Notes under the pieces: model-generated
Told to the model about the DNA's origin: nothing
The model's database searches: none
What the model saw: only the letters and a program-made list of their open reading frames with translations
Translations under genes and position numbers: made by a program
Shown here: positions 45,266-53,296 of the stretch, piece after piece
Layout: each line of letters begins with the position of its first letter
How positions within the stretch are numbered: position 1 is the first letter of the stretch
DNA from: an uncultured Spirochaetales bacterium
GTDB lineage: Bacteria; Spirochaetota; Spirochaetia; Sphaerochaetales; Sphaerochaetaceae
NCBI GenBank assembly: GCA_949299185.1
Contig: CASFZR010000002.1
Coordinates: 4,514 to 68,513, forward strand
Direction of reading: 5' to 3'
Length of the DNA: 64,000 nt

Positions 45266-46203
45266 TCCTCGATAAATCATATCTTGCACTACATACAGGC
45301 TCAGCGGAAGAGCTTGCAGATGCTTTCTCTGCCATGGTATTCAAAGGAAAAGAACGCTCTTTCCCAATCAATCCATTTGATGCCCTTACCTTACTTGATA
45401 TTCCCTTCGTGTTTGCCAAGTTGCGGAAATTAGAAGGATTGCTGATTGCTGATAAGGATGATTCCCTTCCAGCTATGATAGCTATAAATTCCAAAAGGCC
45501 CATACAGAGACAGCGATATACTTGTGCCCATGAAATCTGCCACTTCATAAAGGATGTCGGATCATATGATCCATATTCCTGCACGGCAGGGTCCAAGATA
45601 TATGTTGAAAGATTCGCAGAGAATTTCGCTGCCGCTTTCCTGATGCCACGGGATGAGATAATAAGACAGGCAAGAATATACGAGCAGAAGCTTTATCCTG
45701 ACGATATATTACGCATTGCAGAATACTTCGGAACGAGCTATCAAGCCTGCCGTATAAGAATCAGGCAATGCATCCCCAAGAAGCTTCGCGATGATTATGT
45801 ATATGATTCATACAAACCTGCAATAAGGAGGGAGGAATTAGGCTTCAATGACACGTCATTATATACGATGACGCTTGATTCATGGACCCTCGCGTGGCCT
45901 GAAACGGCTGAAACACACGCAGCCTATGTGTTCAAGAATAATTACATCTATAACGATGCCAGGATGGAAGGCATAGACATAGATGAAGAAGAAGTCGCGA
46001 CAATCGTTACGGATCTACGATTAAAAGCACAAGAAAGCATATATTGTGACGGGAATCATGCAGCTTTATCGGAAATAGCCGGACATTCCCTGCTTTACGA
46101 CTATATATTCAAGATATGCCATCAACCAAGCATAGATATCTATGCATTACTTGATTTGAATCGAATCCTGTTCTCTTGCGTTCCCTTCCCAGAATATGGA
46201 TGA
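45262..46203 (+). CDS. ImmA/IrrE (M78, COG2856) zinc metallopeptidase domain fused to the N-terminal half of a Fic domain; ends at an in-frame TGA
   Basis: 313 aa. RYTCAHEICHF (HExxH at 45529-45543) and ERFAENFAAAFLMP are M78 motifs. The C-terminal part NDARMEGIDIDEEEV...LLDLNRILF is the Fic N-terminal helices, including an inhibitory-helix-like xxxxEG motif. Confidence 0.8.
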   Translation: MILDKSYLALHTGSAEELADAFSAMVFKGKERSFPINPFDALTLLDIPFVFAKLRKLEGLLIADKDDSLPAMIAINSKRPIQRQRYTCAHEICHFIKDVGSYDPYSCTAGSKIYVERFAENFAAAFLMPRDEIIRQARIYEQKLYPDDILRIAEYFGTSYQACRIRIRQCIPKKLRDDYVYDSYKPAIRREELGFNDTSLYTMTLDSWTLAWPETAETHAAYVFKNNYIYNDARMEGIDIDEEEVATIVTDLRLKAQESIYCDGNHAALSEIAGHSLLYDYIFKICHQPSIDIYALLDLNRILFSCVPFPEYG

Positions 46204-46266
46204 AGGACAAGGATACAGAACACGGCTGTCATCGGAGCTAAATTCGAAACAGTAGACTACCAAGAC

Positions 46267-46608
46267 GTGATGAGATCGCTTATTACCCTCAATGAGGTTA
46301 TTGGACACCTAGAGAAAAATCATGATTCCATGCCTAAATCAGAAATAGTCAGGGCTATAGCCGACATCCATCATAAGCTGACAGTCATCCATCCATTCCC
46401 TGATGGAAACGGCAGGACAATCAGGGCTTTTACGAATCTACTATTCCTTCGTTATGGAATCCCTCCTATTTACATAAGGACAGAAACAAAGAAAGAATAC
46501 ATCAACGCATTAAGCAAGGCAGATACAGGCACTGGAATAGATAGCCTATACTCATTGATGCTTCAGCTTATCTTCAAGAGCCATGCCGAATTCATGAGCA
46601 TCCAATGA
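46267..46608 (+). CDS. Fic-domain catalytic core fragment, in frame with the upstream ORF (possible pseudogene fragment or separately translated product)
   Basis: Canonical Fic motif HPFPDGNGRTIR at 46390-46425. Same reading frame as 45262..46203, with no stop other than the TGA at 46201-46203. The codons between (RTRIQNTAVIGAKFETVDYQDV) read like the Fic flap region. Confidence 0.75.
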   Translation: MMRSLITLNEVIGHLEKNHDSMPKSEIVRAIADIHHKLTVIHPFPDGNGRTIRAFTNLLFLRYGIPPIYIRTETKKEYINALSKADTGTGIDSLYSLMLQLIFKSHAEFMSIQ

Positions 46609-46667
46609 TCTTCACGGCGGTGTCAAAGGCTCCCCTTTCCATGCTATACTCCCTTAGTGGAGCAAAG

Positions 46668-48383
46668 ATGACAGAAGGCAGAAGCACATACGAGGTCACG
46701 GCAACTAGGAAGAGGCCCCAGGATTTCGATTTCCTGGTTGGTCAGGATTTCGTGGTCTCTACCCTGGAGAATGCCATAAGCGAGAACAGGATCGCCCATG
46801 CGTATCTGTTCTCAGGTCCGCGAGGCGTCGGCAAGACAAGCTCGGCGCGCCTTCTGGCAAAGGCCCTCAACTGCCAGCGCGGCATGAGCGCCCATCCCTG
46901 TGGAGTCTGTGACTCCTGCGTGGAGATCGCAAAGGGCAAGTCCGTTGATGTGATCGAGATCGATGGCGCCTCCAACACCAGCGTCAATGACATAAGGAAC
47001 ATCAAGGAAGAGATCATGTTCCCGCCTCAGTCATCGAGGTACAAGATCTACATCATCGATGAGGTACACATGCTCTCCACCTCGGCCTTCAATGCGCTTC
47101 TGAAGACGATAGAGGAACCACCGGAGTATATCATCTTCATCTTCGCGACGACTGAGCTGCAGAAGGTTCCCGCAACCATCCGCTCGCGCTGCCAGCAGTT
47201 CCGCTTCTCCCTTATAAGCGAGGAGCTGATAATGAAGTGCCTCAGAAGCGCTGCCGAAGACATCCACATGGAAGCGGATGAGGACGCGCTATTCTGGATC
47301 GCCAAGGAAGCGACGGGCTCGATGAGGGACGCATATACCCTCTTCGATCAGGTAGCCTCATTCTCCGGAGACCATATTACGCTGGACAAGATAAGGCAGA
47401 AGCTATCCATAGCCGGCTTCTCCGCGATAGCCTCGATCGTCGCCAAGACGCTCTCCGGAGAGACTGGCAAGGCCCTTGAGGAGATCGGAGGGCTATTCGA
47501 GGATGGGATTTCCCCTGAGCAGATCGTCAAGGATAGCGCGGAGTTCTTCAGGACCCTTCTCCTGTATAAGGAGGGAATCAGGCGCACGGACGTGCTTGGC
47601 TCCGCCATCAAGGATATCCCGGAGGATATCGTGAACGCCCTGACCAGAGAGCAGCTGGAAGCGGCCCTAAAGTCATTCCTGACGCTTTACAGGGAGCTAA
47701 GGTATTCTCTCTCTCCCCGCTTTGAGATAGAGCTTCTATACTCACGCCTCTCATCACTTCCGCTGCTTGCGACACCCGATGTGCTGATGAAGAAGCTCGA
47801 GGACCTGAAGAACGGGGTCGCGGAAGGCAGCGTGGTGATAAGCCATAAGGCAAAGGCGGCTCCTGTGCAGATACAGGCGGCACGGACGGAGGCAACCGCG
47901 CCTCCACAGCCCGCTTACGAGGCAGAGCCAGCCGAAGAAGAGGAAGAAGCCTCGGAGGAGGAAGAGGAGCCGGGGCAACGAGGGCCTCTTTCCCTTGATG
48001 ATATCCCCGCGATAGCAGAATCGCTCCTGAAGATGGGAAAGAGGGCCGAATCAAGATACGTCTCGGATATAGAGGCAATAGAGGAGAATGATGACGGAAC
48101 CTTCTCCTTGCTGCTATCAAAGCCCCTCGCGTTCAACAGCCTGAAGAACGCGGAGAAGGATCTGCAGAAGGCCATCGCCTCGGCAACGGGGGAAGGCTAC
48201 ATGATAAGACTCCGCCTCAAGGAACAGAGGGACCATGCCGACGAGGGCTTCTCGCCGGAGATGAGGAAGCTCAAGGCCTTCTTCGGAGGCCAGCTGGTAC
48301 GCAAGGACGGAGCCGTGACGGAGGAAGACAGGGAAGATGAATATATCACCTTTAGAAATGATGAAGAGGATCAGTTCTCTTGA
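46668..48383 (+). CDS. dnaX: DNA polymerase III subunit gamma/tau
   Basis: Start trimmed to MTEGRSTYEV (ATG 46668, RBS GGAG). GPRGVGKTSSARLLAKALNC, zinc module CGVCDSC, IIDEVHMLS. Acidic low-complexity C-terminal region. Confidence 0.95.
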   Translation: MTEGRSTYEVTATRKRPQDFDFLVGQDFVVSTLENAISENRIAHAYLFSGPRGVGKTSSARLLAKALNCQRGMSAHPCGVCDSCVEIAKGKSVDVIEIDGASNTSVNDIRNIKEEIMFPPQSSRYKIYIIDEVHMLSTSAFNALLKTIEEPPEYIIFIFATTELQKVPATIRSRCQQFRFSLISEELIMKCLRSAAEDIHMEADEDALFWIAKEATGSMRDAYTLFDQVASFSGDHITLDKIRQKLSIAGFSAIASIVAKTLSGETGKALEEIGGLFEDGISPEQIVKDSAEFFRTLLLYKEGIRRTDVLGSAIKDIPEDIVNALTREQLEAALKSFLTLYRELRYSLSPRFEIELLYSRLSSLPLLATPDVLMKKLEDLKNGVAEGSVVISHKAKAAPVQIQAARTEATAPPQPAYEAEPAEEEEEASEEEEEPGQRGPLSLDDIPAIAESLLKMGKRAESRYVSDIEAIEENDDGTFSLLLSKPLAFNSLKNAEKDLQKAIASATGEGYMIRLRLKEQRDHADEGFSPEMRKLKAFFGGQLVRKDGAVTEEDREDEYITFRNDEEDQFS

Positions 48384-48639
48384 GAAGAACATGGGGTCTA
48401 TCTCCAAGTATGCGGAAGGGCTCCTTGTAACAGGCGAGTCCGGTGCCGGCATGGTTAAGGCGTCCGTCAATGCCGATGGCATGATAAAGGAGCTTGAGAT
48501 ATCTGACGAAGCATATGCGCTCGGGGATAAGAACGCGCTCTCGGTACTCATCATCAGCGCGATCAACAACGCTCAGGAGAAGAAGAAGGCCGAACTTCAG
48601 AGCCTAGTCGTGAAGACGCTGCAGGATGGTGCGAATTGA
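48337..48639 (+). CDS. ybaB: YbaB/EbfC nucleoid-associated protein
   Basis: 100 aa. LLVTGESGAGMVKASVNADGMIKELEISDEA is typical of the family. Overlaps the dnaX 3' end; the exact start is uncertain (48337, 48358 or 48361). Confidence 0.85.
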   Translation: MNISPLEMMKRISSLEKNMGSISKYAEGLLVTGESGAGMVKASVNADGMIKELEISDEAYALGDKNALSVLIISAINNAQEKKKAELQSLVVKTLQDGAN

Positions 48640-49226
48640 GCGCCATCGAGGAGCTTATCAGGCTCATCAAGCACCTTCCGGGCATGGGCGAGAAATCGGC
48701 GACCAGGCTTGCCTACCACCTGATCCGCAGCGATGAAGGCTATAACAAGGCGCTCGGCGGCGCGATAGCCTCCATCAAGGAGAAGATACACCCCTGCCCC
48801 ATCTGCGGCTGCTATACCGAGGATGATATCTGCCAGTACTGCGCGGACGGCCAGAGGGACAAGACCCTCCTCTGCATCGTGGAGGAGCCGCAGGATGTGC
48901 TGTCGATAGCCTCATCCGGCGCCTACAACGGGTTATTCCATGTCCTCGGTGGCGCGATAAGCCCTCTTGATGGCGTCGGGCCGGACGCTCTCTCCTTCCC
49001 CAGCCTGATGAAGCGTATCGAAGAGGGGACGTTCAGGGAGCTGATAATAGCGACCAATCCGACCGAGGAGGGCGACACGACGGCCCTTTATATCAGGCAT
49101 CTCCTCCGGGATCGTGAGGATATCACGCTGACACGCCTTGCCTCAGGTCTGCCTATAGGTGGAGATCTGGGCTATGCCGATAAGCTCACGCTAGCCCGCT
49201 CTCTCAGAGGCCGGGTCAGACTCTGA
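48636..49226 (+). CDS. recR: Recombination protein RecR
   Basis: 196 aa. HhH LPGMGEKSATRLAYHL, zinc finger CPICGCYTEDDICQYC, Toprim LCIVEEPQDV. Confidence 0.95.
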   Translation: MSAIEELIRLIKHLPGMGEKSATRLAYHLIRSDEGYNKALGGAIASIKEKIHPCPICGCYTEDDICQYCADGQRDKTLLCIVEEPQDVLSIASSGAYNGLFHVLGGAISPLDGVGPDALSFPSLMKRIEEGTFRELIIATNPTEEGDTTALYIRHLLRDREDITLTRLASGLPIGGDLGYADKLTLARSLRGRVRL

Positions 49227-49976
49227 GAGCCCTACGGCGGCAAGTTCCAGCAGCACGCCGATAACAAGGAGCGCCAAGGCGGGAAAAGCCACCATCCATG
49301 GCGCGCTGGACATGACCGTCCTGGCCTCAGCGAGAATCCCTCCGACAGACGGGATCGTGACGGGTATGCCGCAGCCAAGGAATGAAAGCGAGGCCTCGGT
49401 AAGGATGGAGGAAGAGAATACCGAGATGGCCTGGAAAAGCAGGGTCCGGAAGACCTCAGGCAGCACATGGCGCAGGAACACCAGGCTCCTGCTCTCCCCT
49501 ACGCCTATCGCGGCTACCACGTAATCCTCGCTTCTCAGGACGATTATCCTTGAGTATGCCGTCTGCGCTACATCCGCCGCATGCCCGATAGCAAGCACAA
49601 GCACAAGCTTCATGACACCCGGCCCGGTAAGCGAATTCAGGAAAAGCGCGAGAAGGATCGTCGGAATGGCCTTCAGGGAGAGAAGCAGGGTCGTGAAGAG
49701 GGGGGAAGAGAACGGTCTGATGAAGAAGGCATATGACAGGCATAGCCCGAGTCCCAGCGATAATGCCGTAGCCGCCGACGCGATCATGATAGACACCACC
49801 AGTCCGGCAGCCAGCCTCTCCAAAAGATCCCTGCCGAAGCTATCCGTTCCCATCAGATGCGAGGAAGATGGCGGCTGAAGCCGCATCCGCATATCTATAT
49901 CACCAGCATCCGCAAGGACGAGAGCCAGGAAGAATATCAGGAGAATCAGCATCAAAGCCGTTGCAAGCTTCCTCAT
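49191..49976 (-). CDS. Opp/Dpp/Nik-type ABC transporter permease (DppC-like)
   Basis: 261 aa. HLMGTDSFGRDLLERL is typical of DppC/OppC. The 3' end overlaps recR by 36 nt (convergent). Confidence 0.85.
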   Translation of the reverse strand: MRKLATALMLILLIFFLALVLADAGDIDMRMRLQPPSSSHLMGTDSFGRDLLERLAAGLVVSIMIASAATALSLGLGLCLSYAFFIRPFSSPLFTTLLLSLKAIPTILLALFLNSLTGPGVMKLVLVLAIGHAADVAQTAYSRIIVLRSEDYVVAAIGVGESRSLVFLRHVLPEVFRTLLFQAISVFSSSILTEASLSFLGCGIPVTIPSVGGILAEARTVMSSAPWMVAFPALALLVIGVLLELAAVGLSESDPASERAG

Positions 49977-50905
49977 TCACCCCTCCTCACCCGCGGATCG
50001 ATCAGAGGGAGCAGGCCATCAAGAAGGAAGTATACGACAGCCACGGCAAAGGAAAGGAGCATCATGATCGTACCGGCAAGCCTCGGATCACGGGACAAGG
50101 CCGCGCTGACCATCAGCGATCCGATGCCAGGGAGGGCGAATACGGTCTCTATCACGGCAACTCCTCCGAATGCGGAAGCCATCGATTGGGCGACAAGGGA
50201 TGAAAGCAGAGGAAGGGCTGGCCTGAATGCGCTCCTTAACGCAAGCGACCTTCTCCTCATTCCCAGCGATAAGGCAAAGAGCGAATACTGGCTCTCGATC
50301 CCATCTGACAAGGCCCTCCTGAACACGCGGAGATAGAGCGAGGAATGGAGAAGAGCGAGCGTGAGGGACGGCAGGAAGAGCGACCTGACGTACCCGGAGG
50401 CGCCTCGCATCAGGCCCGCTACGGGAAACACGTGGAATCGCATAGCTAGCAGCATCACCAGAAGCATACCGACCAGGAAGGAAGGGAGAGCCATCAAGGT
50501 CAATGAGAAGGCTGAGAGAAGACGGTCGGCAACACCTCCCCTACGCGCTCCGATGATCGAGAGCGGAACGGATATAAGCAGTGACAGTATAACCGAAAGA
50601 AGCGAGATCCCTGCCGTGACCGAGGCGCTGTGCAGGATGGCGGACCTTATATCGAAACCCGTGGCGGATCGCCCCCAATCCCCGCGGATGAATGATAGCA
50701 GGAATGAGATATATCCCGATACGAAGGCATCACCCTGCCCTGTACCTGCCATATATGCCTCTCTTGCGGCATCGGAAGCATCCTCTGCGAGGACGAACGA
50801 GGAGCTGTCTCCAGGAGCTGCCTCCGAGAGGATGAACACGACAAGCGATGATAGCACGAGCGTCAGCGCTATCATCAGAAGATATCTCATAAGCCGCCTG
50901 ATCAC
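49973..50905 (-). CDS. Opp/Dpp/Nik-type ABC transporter permease (DppB-like)
   Basis: 310 aa. MIRRLMRYLLMIALTLVLSSLVVFIL N-terminus is typical of DppB/OppB. Confidence 0.85.
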   Translation of the reverse strand: MIRRLMRYLLMIALTLVLSSLVVFILSEAAPGDSSSFVLAEDASDAAREAYMAGTGQGDAFVSGYISFLLSFIRGDWGRSATGFDIRSAILHSASVTAGISLLSVILSLLISVPLSIIGARRGGVADRLLSAFSLTLMALPSFLVGMLLVMLLAMRFHVFPVAGLMRGASGYVRSLFLPSLTLALLHSSLYLRVFRRALSDGIESQYSLFALSLGMRRRSLALRSAFRPALPLLSSLVAQSMASAFGGVAVIETVFALPGIGSLMVSAALSRDPRLAGTIMMLLSFAVAVVYFLLDGLLPLIDPRVRRGE

Positions 50906-50927
50906 GAGAGAAGTATAGAAGGAAAGC

Positions 50928-52472
50928 CTATCGGGAGAAAGAGGAGGCCCAGAAATAGAAGCCCTCGCCGAGTATCACGCCATCAAGATCCGAAGAGACC
51001 GCATAGACCGTGGAGTAATGGCCAGGAACGATAACAGGGACGATCGACCATAGATAGAGCTGTGCCTCATTCCAGAGGGAGGAAGCCTCCTCGAGCGAAC
51101 GGGCCTCGTCTATGGCCGCAAGCATTCCGATGGCCTTCTCATCGCTAAGCCATCCCGGATTAGAGCTGGAAAGATAGGACTTGAGCTGCGGCAGCGAGGT
51201 CCTGCTGTATGCAGAGATGAAGATATCCCAGGAAGATGGGTCTCCGCGCATCTCTATGAAGGAAGCCCAGTCCACGACGGTAACCTCATTCCTGATGCCT
51301 GCCTCGGTAAGGCAGTATGACAGGGCTACGGCTATCTTATCGATATTGGAGGTATTCGATGAGAGTATCCTTACCACGCTGCCGTCATAGCCCTCAGCCT
51401 CAAGCAGCGCCTCCGCGCTTTCTGGACTGAATGAGCGATATGGATCAAGGGAGGCATCAACGCTCCAGTTCCCGTCCTTCTCCATATAGTCAGAATGGAG
51501 GCTATAGCCATAGTCGCCATAGCAGGCCTTCATCAGCATCTCCCGGTCCGTGGCGGCAGCTACCGCCTTCCTCATCCCCAGGCTGATGAAAGGTCCCTCC
51601 TTCTTATTGAATACAAGGGCGATCGAACCATTCTCCTCTCCTTCAAGGAGGGTGATGGAAGGATCAGAGAAAAGACGTGGGATATCATCGGAGAGGACGC
51701 AGTCTATCGCGTCGTAAAGACCGCTCTCAAGCCCGAGGCGGCGCGTCGTCCCATCGGAGACGAAGAGATATCTTATCCTCTCAGGCCCATGGGACTTATC
51801 GCCCCAGATACCGCTGTTTCCCTCAGCATAAGGCGAATAGCCATCGAATCGCCTCAGCTCAACCCCCTCGCCGGGTAGCCATTCCTCGATTAGATATGGC
51901 CCTGTCCCAATATGCTCGGGCAGCAGATAATCAGAGGATACCGCCAGGCGTTCCGGCATAATCACGGCACTCTGCGGAGCGGAGGCAATCATCATCAGGA
52001 GCATCATCAACGGACGCTCCGAATCGATCCAGACCTTATTTTCCTCATATCTGAAGCGGTTTCCCATAGCCGCGTCAGAAGCCGATGCATAGCGGTCCAG
52101 CCAGCGATTGAGCGAGGCCGCCGCGTCAGCCCCCTCCATCATGCTCCCATCATGGAAGAGGACACCGTCACGCATGATGAACTCAAGATGGCATCCATCC
52201 TCGGAAAGGGAGAAGGAGGAGGCAAGCTCGCAGCGTATCTTCCCTTCGCCATCCAAGACCACTGGCTTCTCATAGACATTGCCAAGGGCGATCATCCGCC
52301 CTGATATCGAAGAATTGACCTGGATATCGAGAGTCGGGGGCTCCTGCGCAAGGGCGACAACAAGAGCTTCATCAACCGTATCAGATGAACAGGAAGCAAG
52401 AGCGATGATCAGGATGAGGATAACGACAGAAATAAAGGAGCCAGGTCCTCCCTGGCTCCGATGGATAGTCAT
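50928..52472 (-). CDS. ABC transporter substrate-binding lipoprotein, family 5 (Opp/Dpp-type)
   Basis: 514 aa. Lipobox IALASC. Family-5 SBP size and pattern. Its start overlaps the stop of the upstream SDR gene (TAATG). Confidence 0.8.
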   Translation of the reverse strand: MTIHRSQGGPGSFISVVILILIIALASCSSDTVDEALVVALAQEPPTLDIQVNSSISGRMIALGNVYEKPVVLDGEGKIRCELASSFSLSEDGCHLEFIMRDGVLFHDGSMMEGADAAASLNRWLDRYASASDAAMGNRFRYEENKVWIDSERPLMMLLMMIASAPQSAVIMPERLAVSSDYLLPEHIGTGPYLIEEWLPGEGVELRRFDGYSPYAEGNSGIWGDKSHGPERIRYLFVSDGTTRRLGLESGLYDAIDCVLSDDIPRLFSDPSITLLEGEENGSIALVFNKKEGPFISLGMRKAVAAATDREMLMKACYGDYGYSLHSDYMEKDGNWSVDASLDPYRSFSPESAEALLEAEGYDGSVVRILSSNTSNIDKIAVALSYCLTEAGIRNEVTVVDWASFIEMRGDPSSWDIFISAYSRTSLPQLKSYLSSSNPGWLSDEKAIGMLAAIDEARSLEEASSLWNEAQLYLWSIVPVIVPGHYSTVYAVSSDLDGVILGEGFYFWASSFSR

Positions 52473-53257
52473 TACTGCGGCTGCTTTCCGATATAAGCGA
52501 GGATTCCGCCATCGACATAGAGAACATGGCCGTTGACGAAATTGGAAGCGTCTGATGCAAGGAACACCGCAGGTCCCATGAGGTCATCGGTCTTACCCCA
52601 CCTGTTAGCTGGCGTCTTCGCGAGGATGAACTCGTTGAAGGGATGACCAGGCGTCCTGAGAGGCGCTGTCTGCGGAGTCTCGATGTATCCAGGTCCGATG
52701 CCGTTGCACTGGATGTTATACGCGCCATACTCCGATGCGATATTCCTCGTGAGCATCTTCAGACCGCCCTTCGCGGCTGCATATGCGCTGACCGTCTCAC
52801 GGCCAAGCTCAGACATCATGGAGCAGATGTTGATGATCTTTCCATGGCCCTGCTTGATCATTCCAGGAAGGACGGCCTTGGAAACGATGAACGGGGCATT
52901 GAGATCAACGTCGATGACCTGGCGGAAGTCCTTGGCGGACATCTCGAGCATCGGGATCCTCTTGATGATTCCAGCGTTATTCACGAGGATATCGATCTTG
53001 CCGAGATCCTTGATGATCTTCTCGGTGGTCTCCTGGACCTGAGCCTCATCGGTGACATCGCAGACATAGCCCTTGGCATCGATACCGGCTTCCTTATAGG
53101 CAGCAAGGCCCTTATCGACAAGCTCCTGCTTGATATCATTGAACGCGATCTTAGCTCCAGCCTTGTGGAAAGCGGTAGCGATCGCGAAGCCTATGCCATA
53201 AGAGGCACCTGTGACCCATGCAACCTTCCCCTCAAGGGAAAAATCCTTCATTTCCAT
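52472..53257 (-). CDS. SDR oxidoreductase, gluconate 5-dehydrogenase / KduD-like
   Basis: 261 aa. VTGASYGIG, INICSMMSELGRET...YAAAKGG and FVNGHVLYVDGG closely resemble IdnO/KduD-type enzymes. Confidence 0.8.
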   Translation of the reverse strand: MEMKDFSLEGKVAWVTGASYGIGFAIATAFHKAGAKIAFNDIKQELVDKGLAAYKEAGIDAKGYVCDVTDEAQVQETTEKIIKDLGKIDILVNNAGIIKRIPMLEMSAKDFRQVIDVDLNAPFIVSKAVLPGMIKQGHGKIINICSMMSELGRETVSAYAAAKGGLKMLTRNIASEYGAYNIQCNGIGPGYIETPQTAPLRTPGHPFNEFILAKTPANRWGKTDDLMGPAVFLASDASNFVNGHVLYVDGGILAYIGKQPQ

Positions 53258-53296
53258 ATACCTTACTTCCTCCTGCCCGAAGGCATCAAAGTCAAA

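Noticed and set aside
44708-46667. Calling the XRE/ImmA-Fic segment a tRNA-integrated mobile element
   Set aside because: There is no integrase, recombinase or transposase in the window. I found no duplicated tRNA 3'-end or att-like direct repeat at the right boundary. It is therefore reported as an insertion-like cassette only.
46668-48383. Programmed -1 frameshift site in dnaX (as in E. coli A AAA AAG)
   Set aside because: Reading through the gene, I saw no A-rich slippery heptamer followed by a stem-loop. I cannot exclude one without a systematic scan.
49191-49226. 36-nt convergent overlap of the recR and DppC-like 3' ends as a regulatory feature
   Set aside because: Such 3' overlaps occur by chance in compact genomes. 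I saw no associated structure.
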